Positions 29,593 through 39,698 of a stretch of 64,000 nucleotides of DNA are shown here, piece by piece. The position numbers and the translations under genes are program-made. The DNA is taken from positions 26,611 through 90,610 of the forward strand of contig JAFWNC010000019.1 of assembly GCA_017510525.1 (NCBI GenBank), given 5' to 3'. The stretch's first letter is position 1; each line of letters begins with the position of its first letter. The notes beneath the pieces were generated by a model that saw only the letters and a list, made by a program, of their open reading frames with translations, was not told the DNA's origin and did no database searches. The stretch comes from Clostridia bacterium (lineage in GTDB: Bacteria > Bacillota > Clostridia > TANB77 > CAG-508).

Positions 29593-29895
29593 ATGCTTGC
29601 GAAGTATTGGAAAAAGATTGGTTTGTTTATTTTAATATTTGCTTGTCTTTGGAATATTACTTCTAAGTTTGTTAAGAGAATGTCTTTTAATGATAGTTTA
29701 AAAAGTACAATTAAATCAAAGACTGAAGAGATTTTGAATAAAGATAATAATGAAGATGATGAGGAAGAAAATTCTCAAACCACTAATAATAACTATAATA
29801 AGCAGCAAGAGAATGTAAGGGAAAATAATCAAAATTATTATCAAAATAATAATGGAAATAATCAAAATCAACAAAATTATCAAGAAAATCAGTAA
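29593..29895 (+). CDS. Membrane-anchored protein with an N/Q-rich low-complexity tail
   Basis: RBS aaaggagatg precedes it. There is one TM helix. The C-terminus is ...NNNYNKQQENVRENNQNYYQNNNGNNQNQQNYQENQ. Confidence 0.4.
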   Translation: MLAKYWKKIGLFILIFACLWNITSKFVKRMSFNDSLKSTIKSKTEEILNKDNNEDDEEENSQTTNNNYNKQQENVRENNQNYYQNNNGNNQNQQNYQENQ

Positions 29896-29973
29896 AAAGT
29901 ATTGAAAATTTGAAATAATTGTGTTAATATATTTAGGATATGTTTTATTTTTAAAGAAAGAGGTGAATACTAG

Positions 29974-30174
29974 ATGAAAGAAGGTTTACATCCAAATTAT
30001 ACTACAGCTACTATTACTTGTGCTTGTGGTAACGTAATGGAAACTAATTCTACTAAGGCTGATATGAAGGTTGATGTTTGTTCTAAATGTCATCCATTTT
30101 GGACTGGTAATTTAAAGAGAGAGACTACTGGTGGTAGAGCTGATAGATTTAAACAAAAATATGGTTTAAAATAA
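29974..30174 (+). CDS. rpmE: 50S ribosomal protein L31 (zinc-ribbon type)
   Basis: MKEGLHPNY...CACGN...[10 protein letters not shown]. Confidence 0.9.
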   Translation: MKEGLHPNYTTATITCACGNVMETNSTKADMKVDVCSKCHPFWTGNLKRETTGGRADRFKQKYGLK

Positions 30175-30177
30175 TAA

Positions 30178-30215
30178 AAGTAAGAGCAAGTTTATGTGCT
30201 CTTATTTTTGTTTGT
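30178..30215 (+). terminator. Rho-independent terminator of rpmE
   Basis: aagagcaagtttatgtgctctt followed by atttttg. Confidence 0.6.
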
Positions 30216-30310
30216 ATAAGTAGGGATTGAGATAGATGGGCGGGGACAAGCCCCGCCCCTACGGTATAGGGTAGGACAAAGGAGAGCGGACGGATAATAG
30301 CCGCCCATAC
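30216..30310. repeat. REP cluster, family C (gggcggggacaagccccgccc, then CTACGGTATAGGGTAGG...)
   Basis: Seen directly. Confidence 0.7.
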
Positions 30311-30337
30311 ATGGTGTTTATTTAAGGAGGGTTTGGT

Positions 30338-30718
30338 ATGGAAGAAATGATTAAAAGAGCTTTTGAGGTTAGAAAATTTGCTCATGTTAGAAAATATAAG
30401 GTTGGAGCAGTTTTGAAGACTAAAGATGGAAAATTGTATACTGGCTGTAATGTTGACAATATGGGAATTCAGTCTATTTGTGCTGAACGTACAGCTTTTG
30501 TAAAGGCTATTTCTGAAGGAGAAACCGAATATGATTCAATTTTAGTTGTTGGCGGAGATATTACTAAAGATAAACTTGATAATTGTACTCCTTGTGGTTA
30601 TTGTAGACAATTTATGCGTGAACTTGTTTCTGATGATTTTAAGGTTTTCTGTTATGATGGAGAGAATATGAGAGAATATTTGATGAAAGATTTATTACCA
30701 GAAGCTTTTGAAGTTTAG
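30338..30718 (+). CDS. cdd: Cytidine deaminase
   Basis: CAERTA provides a zinc ligand. CTPCGYCRQFM is the CxxC motif. Length is 126 aa. Confidence 0.85.
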   Translation: MEEMIKRAFEVRKFAHVRKYKVGAVLKTKDGKLYTGCNVDNMGIQSICAERTAFVKAISEGETEYDSILVVGGDITKDKLDNCTPCGYCRQFMRELVSDDFKVFCYDGENMREYLMKDLLPEAFEV

Positions 30719-30721
30719 TTA

Positions 30722-30874
30722 CATATACATTCCTATATTTGGGATTATTAGGGCCAGGGTTGCTATTATAAAAATAGTTACCCCGGCTATTTTATTGTCT
30801 TTATATTCATATATTCCATAAGCGGTTGTTCTAAAGAAGATATATATGCTTAAAAGCGTAAAAATAAGATTCAT
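30722..30874 (-). CDS. Small hydrophobic protein (51 aa)
   Basis: RBS aaagga sits 7 nt upstream of the ATG. The product is MNLIFTLLSIYIFFRTTAYGIYEYKDNKIAGVTIFIIATLALIIPNIGMYM. Its leader shares the CCTAACCCTATACAGAAAGGA block with the gerAA and gerAB leaders. Confidence 0.35.
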
Positions 30875-30889
30875 AGACAGTTCCTTTCT

Positions 30890-31020
30890 GTATAGGGTTA
30901 GGTTTTGTTAAGGGCGGGGATGGAACCTAAGCCCCTACGGTATCGGGTAGGGCGTTGGAGAAATGGAGAACTTAAGTTCTCCGCTACGAAGGTGTAGGGC
31001 AGGGTGAGGGAGATGGAAGG
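30890..31020. repeat. Composite REP cluster (family C, then family B, then GTAGGG)
   Basis: ggcggggatggaacctaagccccTACGGTATCGGGTAGGG, then ggagaacttaagttctccGCTACGAA, then ggtGTAGGGcaggg. Confidence 0.7.
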
Positions 31021-31021
31021 C

Positions 31022-32155
31022 TTAATGGCGTTGAAAGAGATAGCTTGAGTCTAAGTCTAGATCGATTTTTAGTTTAAATTCAGCATTTGAAAAAATATTT
31101 TCCCAATCTACATCATTTTTATAATCATCTAAAGTTAAATATTGCTTCTTTAAATCCCCCTCAAATCCAACAATATCACTATTATATTCTCTTGAAATTT
31201 TATTAAAATAACTACTAATATTGTAAGACAAGTATTCTTCTATTGAATTAATAATTTTTTCATTATCTTTAGCCGAAGTATAGTCATCATTTGTTGATTG
31301 ACTTGAAGAAACCCTTGCTTTTAGATATATAGAAGATGTTATTATTGGCTTATCATTTTCAAGTTCAACAGTATTTGATGTTTTTTTAAACTGAGTTATA
31401 TCAGCTGTTAAATATTTTCCATCTTCAAATGGGTTAGGAACTAGTATTGTTGCACTTTTTAGTTTATTTGTAATAATGTTATTGCAAATTACTTCTGTTC
31501 CAGATATTATTCCAACTAGTTTATCTTTTTTAAATATAGTTAAACCAAGTGGAACTACATTTTTTTCTGAATTCCTAATATAGATTGCTATTGGGTTTTT
31601 AACACTATATCTCATATTTGAATAAAAATCATATAAAAGTGTTTGGGTTTCATACCCTGTATATAGACCTGATTTTATTATTCTTGTATATATATCTGAT
31701 GAAAAATTCTCTGATTTTCCAATAGTATCAATTAAAGATTCAGATTTGTCTTTACTTATAAAAAGATTACATGTTGGCCTTAATTCAACATTATTTTCCA
31801 TGTTTAATATCAGAGATTCAAGTCCTTCTCTTGCAAGTTCTTCAGAAATTATTATTGCACTACAATGAGTTAAATTCAGTAATTTATCATTTGAATTATT
31901 AATTGAAGATAAAGCTGTATCAAAAGTTGGAGCATCAATTGTTATTGTTTCAGCAGTTGTTTTTCCTGAATCTTTATCTTTTGGTTTTGCAATTTGAAAA
32001 GTAATACTATAATTTTCTGGATCTTTTTCTGATTTATCAAATCCAATTGCTATAACATAATCTAATTCTTCAATCCCTTTAACATCATACGATTCAGCAA
32101 ATGCAACAATTAAAAATATTGTTATTAAAAAAATAATTAGTTTCTTTTTAACCAT
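31022..32155 (-). CDS. Spore germination protein, GerAC/GerKC family
   Basis: 377 aa with an N-terminal signal/anchor. It is the last gene of a three-gene ger-type operon. Its start overlaps the end of the GerAB-like gene. Confidence 0.7.
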   Translation of the reverse strand: MVKKKLIIFLITIFLIVAFAESYDVKGIEELDYVIAIGFDKSEKDPENYSITFQIAKPKDKDSGKTTAETITIDAPTFDTALSSINNSNDKLLNLTHCSAIIISEELAREGLESLILNMENNVELRPTCNLFISKDKSESLIDTIGKSENFSSDIYTRIIKSGLYTGYETQTLLYDFYSNMRYSVKNPIAIYIRNSEKNVVPLGLTIFKKDKLVGIISGTEVICNNIITNKLKSATILVPNPFEDGKYLTADITQFKKTSNTVELENDKPIITSSIYLKARVSSSQSTNDDYTSAKDNEKIINSIEEYLSYNISSYFNKISREYNSDIVGFEGDLKKQYLTLDDYKNDVDWENIFSNAEFKLKIDLDLDSSYLFQRH

Positions 32156-33244
32156 TTTGGTTTTACTCCTTTTTTTATATTTGCTAATATCATGATTAAG
32201 AGACTTATTCCAAATACTAGTATTAAAACATAGTATTTATATACAACTTCTTCTAGAAAAGATAATAATGTTGGATTTCGCAAGAGTAGTGGACTTCCTA
32301 AGATGATACAACATAAGGGAAAACATAATTCTGATGAGTCTTTAAGGTGTAAGTTTTTTCTGAATATTGTTATTACATACATAATTGTTACGCTTAAATA
32401 TGAAAGTGTTGATATTATCCATAAAAAAATAAAAAGTGCATCAGTTCTTTGTAGAAATTCACCAAATTCAGCTAGTCTAACAAGAAGGTAGATTGAAAGT
32501 AATTCTTCAGAATGGGTAATAAAAGGAGCAACTAATAGTAATGCTAATATAGTTAAAACAAAAATTATTATTGAAATTGTGATAAAGATAATTCCAATAC
32601 TTTTAAAATCTTTTTTATTTTTTAATGATGGCATTATAAAAAATAGATATGTTATTCCACTAAAAGCAAATATGTTGGTTGAGCCATTTACAAAGGTTTC
32701 TTTAACATTATTACCTAATATTGGGTAGATTCCTGAAGGAGACATATATTTTCTTAATCCAATTAGTAAAATAAATCCACTTACAATTATAAAAGGAACT
32801 ATTATGAAATTGGTTTTTACTATTGATTTAAAGCCAAATTTGTTTGCAATACATATTCCAAGTAGAAAAAAGCCTATGATATAAATATGTGGTGCATTTT
32901 TGTAGTAGACTACTTGAAGAAGATCACTAAATCTCATTAATATTGTTGAACTTGTTAGCATAAATAGACCTATATATGCTACTGAAATTATTGCTTTTAA
33001 AGGCTTTCCACCGAAGGTATTCTGAAATATCAATTATGTCTTCATTTTGAAATTTTTTAAAAAGATAGGAGAGAATAATTACAAATAAAAGAGCAATTAT
33101 TCCAACAGCTAAAATATTTACAACAGCACCTGTTCCAGTAGCTTTAAGTATTTCTTTTGGAAGGTTTAGTATTATTTTATTTACTATCACTATTAAAATA
33201 AAAATAATTGCTTCAAGCTTAGTTAATTTATAATCAGAATTCAT
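32137..33244 (-). pseudogene. Spore germination protein B (GerAB-family permease), split by a frameshift into 32927..33244 and 32137..33033
   Basis: The N-terminal ORF reads ...DIIDISEYLRWKAFKSNNFSS... The other frame continues ...NTFGGKPLKAIISVAYIGLF... as a polytopic membrane protein. A 1-nt indel near ccttcggtgg (about 33020) explains the split. Confidence 0.6.
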
Positions 33245-33257
33245 ATAAGCTCCTTTC

Positions 33258-33308
33258 AGTATAGGGTGAGGTTATGGAGAGCGGACGACCAATGGTCGCC
33301 CCTACGGT
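33258..33308. repeat. REP-like element (GTATAGGGTGAGG, then family A hairpin, then CTAC)
   Basis: Seen directly. Confidence 0.7.
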
Positions 33309-33479
33309 TTATTTTTCCACTCCATGCTGATTGTTCCTTCAAAATCAGGCTTTTTAGTATTCAAAAAATCACTCCTTTTATTTCTTCTCCAAATAGGATT
33401 AATATAAAACTTATTAACAGTATCTTTATTACCAATTGGAAGATAAGGAGAAAAATAAGACACACCAAACGATTTTAAA

Positions 33480-34980
33480 TTAGATAAAACTATTAATTGT
33501 ACAAATATTCCGAAGCCCAATACCTAAAAATCCAGAAATATAGGATAAAATTAAATAAGCAAACCTGAAAACCCTCAAAGCAAAACCTAAAGCAAAGTCT
33601 GGAATAGCAAAAGAACAAATACCTGTTATTGCAACTATTATTATTAATAGAGGACTAACAAGATTAGCTGATACTGCTGCTTCTCCAAGAATAAGACCAC
33701 CAATTATTCCAACTGTTGAGCCCATAGGAGAAGGAATTCTTAAACTAGCTTCTCTCAATAATTCAAAAGATACTTCCATAATTAGAATTTCAAATAATAC
33801 AGGGAAAGGAATTCCGTGTTCTTCCAGCAGAAATAGCAAAAATTAAATCTGAAGGAATTAATTCTTGATGATATGTTGTTATTGCTGCATAAAAACCTGG
33901 TAAAAAAACTGCTATAAAAAAAGCTATTCCACGTATTAGCTTTACTAAATTACTATATTGATATTTTAGATTAGAGTCTTCTGGTGATGCAAGAAAGTCA
34001 ATAAAAACTGCCGGAACTATTAATGCTGTTGGTGCGCCATCAACTAATATTGCAACTCTTCCTTGCAATAAATTATTACAGGTTCTATCTGAACGTTCTG
34101 TTGCAAGAACTTGAGGAAATAAAGTAGAATCACTGTCTTGAATAAGATGCTCTAAATGGCCAGATGAAGTTATTGCATCTATATCTAGATTATTAATTCT
34201 ATATTTTACTTCATTTACTAAGTCTTCATTTGTTATATTTGACATATAACAAATTCCAACTTTAGTTTTATTTACATTTCCTACTGTTGTTTGTTCTATT
34301 ATCAAATTTTCATTATTAACAATTCTTCTAATCATCGATGTATTTGTTCTTAAGTCTTCTACAAAAGCCTCTTGAGGACCACGAATTACTACCTCATTCA
34401 TTGGAGAAGAAATGTTTCTAGTTTTATATCCTTTAGCTTCAATACAATAAGCTTCTGAAATTGTATCTACCAATAATATTGTAAATCCGCTGTTTATATA
34501 AGTTATCACCTCTTCAAAATCTTTACTTACCTTAATACTGTTTTGAGGAAGAAGTGAATTATAGATTAAATCTTTTATATTTAAATTATTACTTTTAACT
34601 TTATTTAAGTCTTTTTCATTATTTACAATTTTATTGGTATCAGTGTCAGTGTTTGTTCTGTTTTTAAGCATTAATGGTTTTAGTATTGATGAGTTTACAA
34701 TGTTTGAATCTACCATTCCATCAATATACAAAATAAAAGCTGAATACTGTTTTCCTTTTAAGTTAATATTTAAGCTTCTGCTTGCTATATCACTGTTTAT
34801 GAGTATGTTATATTTTACAGTTAAGTAATCTATATTTTCTTGTAGGTTATTGGAAATCTTGTCATTTATCTTGTTTTCTGGAATAAGGTTATTTGAGATT
34901 TGTGTTTGAGAAAGATTGTAATTGTATTGGTTAGGTTCGTTATAGGTTAATATTTTTTTGAGATATGATTTTATGTTCAT
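33480..34980 (-). pseudogene. Spore germination protein A (GerAA family), split by a frameshift into 33790..34980 and 33480..33839
   Basis: The 396-aa soluble N-domain ORF and the 119-aa membrane-domain ORF overlap by 50 nt in different frames. The two together make about 500 aa, which is GerAA size. Confidence 0.6.
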
Positions 34981-34994
34981 AGGGATTCCTTTCT

Positions 34995-35068
34995 GTATAG
35001 GGTAGGACGGTGGAGGTATGGAGCACTTTAGTGCTCCGCTACGAAGGTATGCGCAGGGCGGTGGAGAT
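34995..35068. repeat. Composite REP cluster (GTATAGGGTAGG, then family B ggagcactttagtgctcc then GCTACGAA, then a GC-rich tail)
   Basis: Seen directly. Confidence 0.7.
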
Positions 35069-35181
35069 TTTAAATGTAGTATTTACAAAAAAATATATTT
35101 TATCCATTTTAGGAATAATTTAGAAAAAAGCTAATATACATTAAGTAAAGTGTAGATACAAAAGGTTTTAGGAGGGTATTT

Positions 35182-36661
35182 ATGGAGAACTTGAAAATAT
35201 ATCAAGATATTGCTAAGAGGACTGAAGGAGATATTTATGTTGGTGTTGTAGGTCCTGTTAGAACAGGAAAATCAACATTTATAAAAAGGTTTATGGAATT
35301 ATTAGTTATTCCAAACATTAATAATTCGTATAAAAGAGATAGGGCAATTGATGAACTTCCTCAGAGCGCAGGTGGTAGAACAATTATGACCACAGAGCCT
35401 AAATTTGTTCCTAATGAAGCAATTGACATTACAGTAAGCGATAATTTAAAACTTAGAGCTAGACTTGTTGATTGTGTTGGATATTTAGTTAATAATGCAA
35501 TTGGATATTTAGAAGACGATATGCCAAGAATGGTTAAAACACCATGGTCTGAAGAAGAAATTCCTTTTGAAAGGGCAGCTGAAATTGGAACTAAAAAAGT
35601 AATTGAAGAACATTCAACAATAGGCGTTTTAGTAACTACAGATGGATCAATTACTGATATTCCAAGAGAAGACTATATTGAAGCTGAAGAGAGAGTTGTT
35701 AGGGAACTAAAGGCAATTAACAAACCTTTTGTTATTGTATTAAACTGCGAAAATCCTCATAGTAATGATTCTAAAATGTTAGCTGAAGAACTACAGAAAA
35801 AGTATGAAACTTCAGTTATACCAGTTAATTGTACTGATATAGATTTAGATGATATTAATAAAATATTCACAGAAATATTATATGAATTTAGAATTGAGAG
35901 AATTAATATTAAATTCCCAAGATGGGTTGATGGTTTAGATGAGAATAATAGTATTAAACAGGAATTATATAAAGAGATAAAAGAGGCTTTAAACAATACC
36001 TGTAAGCTTAAAGATGTTAATGAAGATGTTAAATCACTTCAAAAAACTGAAATTATTGAAAGAAGTATTGTTGAATCTATAGAGCTTGGAACACGGAAGT
36101 GTTACTATTAATATTGAACTCAAAGATGAACTTTTCTACCAGGTATTAACACAAATTACTGGAGTAGATATAAAAAATGAAGGAACACTATTTTCTACTA
36201 TTACTGAGTTTGCTAGGGTTAAGAAAGAATATGACAAAATGGAATATGCGCTTCATGAAGTTAGAGAAAAGGGTTATGGTATTGTTTCTCCTGGTATTGA
36301 TGATTTGATTTTAGAAGAGCCTGAAGTGTTTAAACAAGGTTCAAGATTTGGTGTTAAACTTAAGGCTAAAGCTCCTTCTATTCATATGATTCAGATTAAT
36401 ACTGAAACTGAGATTTCGCCTATTGTTGGAAGTGAGAAGCAGTCTGAAGATTTACTTAATTATTTGCTTTCTGAGTTTGAGGGAGATAAGAAGAAGATTT
36501 GGGAGTCAAATATTTTTGGTAAGAGCTTGAATGAACTTGTTAATGAGGGGTTACAGAATAAGCTTTCTAAGATGCCTGAAGATGCCCAAATGAAGATTCA
36601 AGAGACGCTTCAAAGGATTGTTAATGAGGGAAGCGGAGGATTGATTTGTATTATATTGTAA
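35182..36661 (+). pseudogene. spoIVA: Stage IV sporulation protein A (SpoIVA), split into 35182..36111 and 36086..36661
   Basis: The N-terminal Walker A motif is GVVGPVRTGKSTF. ...SIELGTRKCYY* in one frame and MEHGSVTINIELKDELFYQ... in the other overlap. Removing the c at about 36096 restores ...IELGTGSVTINIEL... The combined length is about 495 aa, which is SpoIVA size. Confidence 0.7.
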
Positions 36662-36727
36662 AATATGGTATAATAATTAAAGTTTAAGTTACAACAACAA
36701 ATAATCAGACATTTAAGGAGGTACATT

Positions 36728-37024
36728 ATGGAGATGATAATGAAACTGTTGGATGATGCCGTATTTACAGCATTAATTTTTAACACGCTTGTAGCCGTTG
36801 TTCGGCCAATAAAAGGTTACAGGCAAGCTACTAATATTTCTTATGGTTTTGCTATTGCTTTTCTAATAATTGAGATAATATTAATAAAAGCATTTAGCTT
36901 ACCTGAGGATATTTACCAAAAGATCTCTATTGCATTCATTGTTTTTGCGGTTGGCCGCGCAAGAGATCGAATGAATCAAAAAAATGAGGAATTGAGGAGT
37001 AGTGATAAAAATGGAGAGTCTTAA
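36728..37024 (+). CDS. Small membrane protein (98 aa)
   Basis: RBS aaggagg precedes it. There are two TM helices. A terminator overlaps the stop codon. Confidence 0.45.
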   Translation: MEMIMKLLDDAVFTALIFNTLVAVVRPIKGYRQATNISYGFAIAFLIIEIILIKAFSLPEDIYQKISIAFIVFAVGRARDRMNQKNEELRSSDKNGES

Positions 37025-37040
37025 AAAGACTCTCCATTTT
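37003..37040 (+). terminator. Rho-independent terminator
   Basis: atggagagtcttaaaaagactctccat followed by tttt. Confidence 0.55.
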
Positions 37041-37107
37041 TCATCTTGACATTTTTTAAAATAAAATAATATAATATGTTAGTGATTTAGAAAAAAAGGA
37101 GGACAAG

Positions 37108-38190
37108 ATGGAGATTACAAGGCCAGCTTTTTTGGAGATTGATTTAAATGCTTTGAATTTTAATATTAACCAGATTCAAAAGATGGTTGGAGATGGTGTT
37201 AAGTTAATGCCTGTTATTAAGGCAAGTGGGTATGGAACTTATATAAATCAAAGGCTAGATGTTTTAAATAAATTTGATATAGTTGCTGTTGCTAATGTTG
37301 ATGAGGGTGTTTATTTAAGAGAGATTGGTTATGAAAGAGAAATTTTTGTATTAAATCAACCTTATGAATCTGAAATTGAAAAGATTATTAAATATAATAT
37401 TGTTGTTGGTATTAGTTCTGATAGTTTTGCTGATAAATTGGGTGAGATGGATGAGGAGATAAAGGTTCATGTTGAGATTGGAACTGGTATGGGAAGAACT
37501 GGAGTTCATCCATATAAGATTGAAAGATATATAGAAAGATTGTCGTCTAATATTAAGGTTGAGGGAATTTACACACATCTTTCATCTGCTGATATTGATG
37601 ATGATTATTCAAAAGAACAATTAAATTCTTTTAATATTGCTGTTGATAAGGCTAAGGAGATTTTAGGAGATATTAAATATATTCATGCTGCTGCTTCAAA
37701 TGCTTTAATTAATTATCCTGAAGCACGTTTTAATCTTTCAAGACCAGGAATAATATTATATGGATATCCTGCTGCTGATGATACTTTAGAGAAAATAGAT
37801 TTAAAACCAATAGCTAAATTTAAAGCAAAGGTTACTTTTTTGAAAACTGTTAAAGAGGGAACAAGTATTGGTTATAGTAGAAGCTATATTACAACAAGAG
37901 AGAGTAAGATTGCTACAGTTCCAGTTGGATATGCTGATGGGTTTAGAAGAGATTTTTCAAATGGATGGGAAGTTTTAATTAATGGGAAAAAAGCTCCTAT
38001 TATTGGGAAAGTTTGTATGGATAGTTTTATGGTTGATGTTACTGATGTTGAAGATGTTAAAGTTGGTGATGAGGTAATTATTTGGGATAATGAGAATATT
38101 ACTTTAGATGATTTAGCTGATAGATGTGGGACTATTAATTATGAGATTTTATGTACGATAGGAAATAGAGTCCCAAGAAAATTTGTGTAA
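37108..38190 (+). CDS. alr: Alanine racemase
   Basis: MPVIKASGYG holds the PLP-binding Lys. ...VPVGYADG... is the other family motif. Length is 360 aa. Confidence 0.85.
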   Translation: MEITRPAFLEIDLNALNFNINQIQKMVGDGVKLMPVIKASGYGTYINQRLDVLNKFDIVAVANVDEGVYLREIGYEREIFVLNQPYESEIEKIIKYNIVVGISSDSFADKLGEMDEEIKVHVEIGTGMGRTGVHPYKIERYIERLSSNIKVEGIYTHLSSADIDDDYSKEQLNSFNIAVDKAKEILGDIKYIHAAASNALINYPEARFNLSRPGIILYGYPAADDTLEKIDLKPIAKFKAKVTFLKTVKEGTSIGYSRSYITTRESKIATVPVGYADGFRRDFSNGWEVLINGKKAPIIGKVCMDSFMVDVTDVEDVKVGDEVIIWDNENITLDDLADRCGTINYEILCTIGNRVPRKFV

Positions 38191-38198
38191 AAAGTTTA

Positions 38199-38274
38199 TG
38201 GAGCACTTTGAGTGCTCCGCTACGAAATATATGTTTTGAAAAGCATATGGAGAACTCTAGTTCTCCGCTACGAA
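38199..38274. repeat. Two tandem family B REP units (ggagcactttgagtgctcc-GCTACGAA, then ggagaactctagttctcc-GCTACGAA)
   Basis: Seen directly. The stems covary (A/T against C/G). Confidence 0.75.
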
Positions 38275-38296
38275 ATTTGCGTTCTGAAAAATAGAA

Positions 38297-39587
38297 TTAT
38301 TTTTGAAGAGTATCTTGCTCATTTTCTTTTAGATTATTCATTATTTGTGAATAGTTTTTTGTTTCTTTTGTTAAATTTTCAAATTCTGGTTTTGTATATT
38401 TTTTCTTTGGTTCTTTGCAAGAGTTAAGAAAATAGTTATTTTTAACTCTAAATATATCAATAATTTTTTTATATGAGTCACGGTCTTCTTGTTTAGTCAT
38501 ATCGAAAGAATATTTAACTGGTGAATTCGTAAAGTCATAAAATTGTTTTAATAAATTATCAAAAACATCAATTGGCTGCATAGAGCTATGATCAGGAAAA
38601 TATGTGTCATGATTTTCAGAGAAAAAATCATTAACTTTAGATTTATCAACCCTTGAAATAACATTTCTAATGTTTTTATTTAATGAATCTAATCGTTCAG
38701 GGGTGTTTATTATTTTATAATAATCTCCTGCTTCAAAAAGAGTATTAAATTTTTCAAGATAATCTCTATTTCCAGACATTCTCATTTTTTCAAAGTCTTC
38801 TCTAGAAGAAGTAGTATCAAGTAAAAGATCCAAATATTCTGTAACAAATCCTTGATAGTTTGAAGAAATATGATATTTGGAATAATCTTTTTTCGTGTCA
38901 TTACGGGATTTTCCAATATATTTTGCAAGATATTTTTCTTCATCAATAGTATTCATTGCTTCTTCTATAAATAAATCTTTAACAGATAATTCTTTTTGAC
39001 TAATAGTTTTATCACTATTTTTAGTAAGAGAATATGTAATAGAAGCAGCTCCAGCTCTTTCAACATAAGTGTTTTCATTAATCATTGTATATGGATCTTT
39101 TTCAGAATGCCAAGCATGTCCGAGCTCGTGAAAAACGTGATGGACAGGAATATCTGTTCCAAAATAGTCAATAGTATTACGATCAGATAGTTTTGTAAGA
39201 TATATAAAAGATTTTTTTCCGAACAATTTTCATATCATCATCAATAATTGGTTTAGTAGAATAAGCACCAGGTGCAACTCTTCTATTGTATGCACTCACA
39301 TTTTTTTCTTCAATTACATTTTTATTTATATCACCATAGTGTTTATTATGTAAATAATTAACGTTTTCAGAATTTGCAGTATCAATTATTTCTATAGGAG
39401 TATTTCTTAGCATATCATAAAATAATTCTCTATCTTCTAAAGAGCGTCCTTCTAACATAATAGGAGTTATTTCTTTTAGAATAGTTCCTAAGCTTTTATT
39501 ACCTGGTTTATCTTCTGTATTATATTCATATTTTTCGCATATTTCATCGATTATAGGTAAATATTCTTCTTTAATATTTTCCATCAA
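38297..39587 (-). pseudogene. HExxH zinc-metallopeptidase-like protein, split into 39183..39587 and 38297..39226 at an A7 tract
   Basis: The downstream part carries VHHVFHELGHAWH. The frames switch inside ggaaaaaaatc at about 39200. Changing the run length by 1 nt fuses them to ...DDDMKIVRKKSFIYLTKLS... Confidence 0.5.
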
Positions 39588-39698
39588 TTTCTCCTTCGTA
39601 TTTTATAATTATTTTATAGCATATAGAAAAAATAAAATCAAGAATAGATGATTGATTTTATATGAGAAAAATGGTATAAATTAGGAGAGGTGATAAAT

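Noticed and set aside
33266-33520. ORFs 33266..33478 (+) and 33302..33520 (-) between the gerAB and gerAA parts
   Set aside because: They overlap a REP unit and the 3' end of the gerAA-like membrane domain. They have no RBS and are probably spurious.
38212-38427. Plus-strand ORF 38212..38427
   Set aside because: It is the translation of the two tandem REP units plus the 3' end of the antisense HExxH gene. The repeated peptide LRYEIYVLK... mirrors the repeat.
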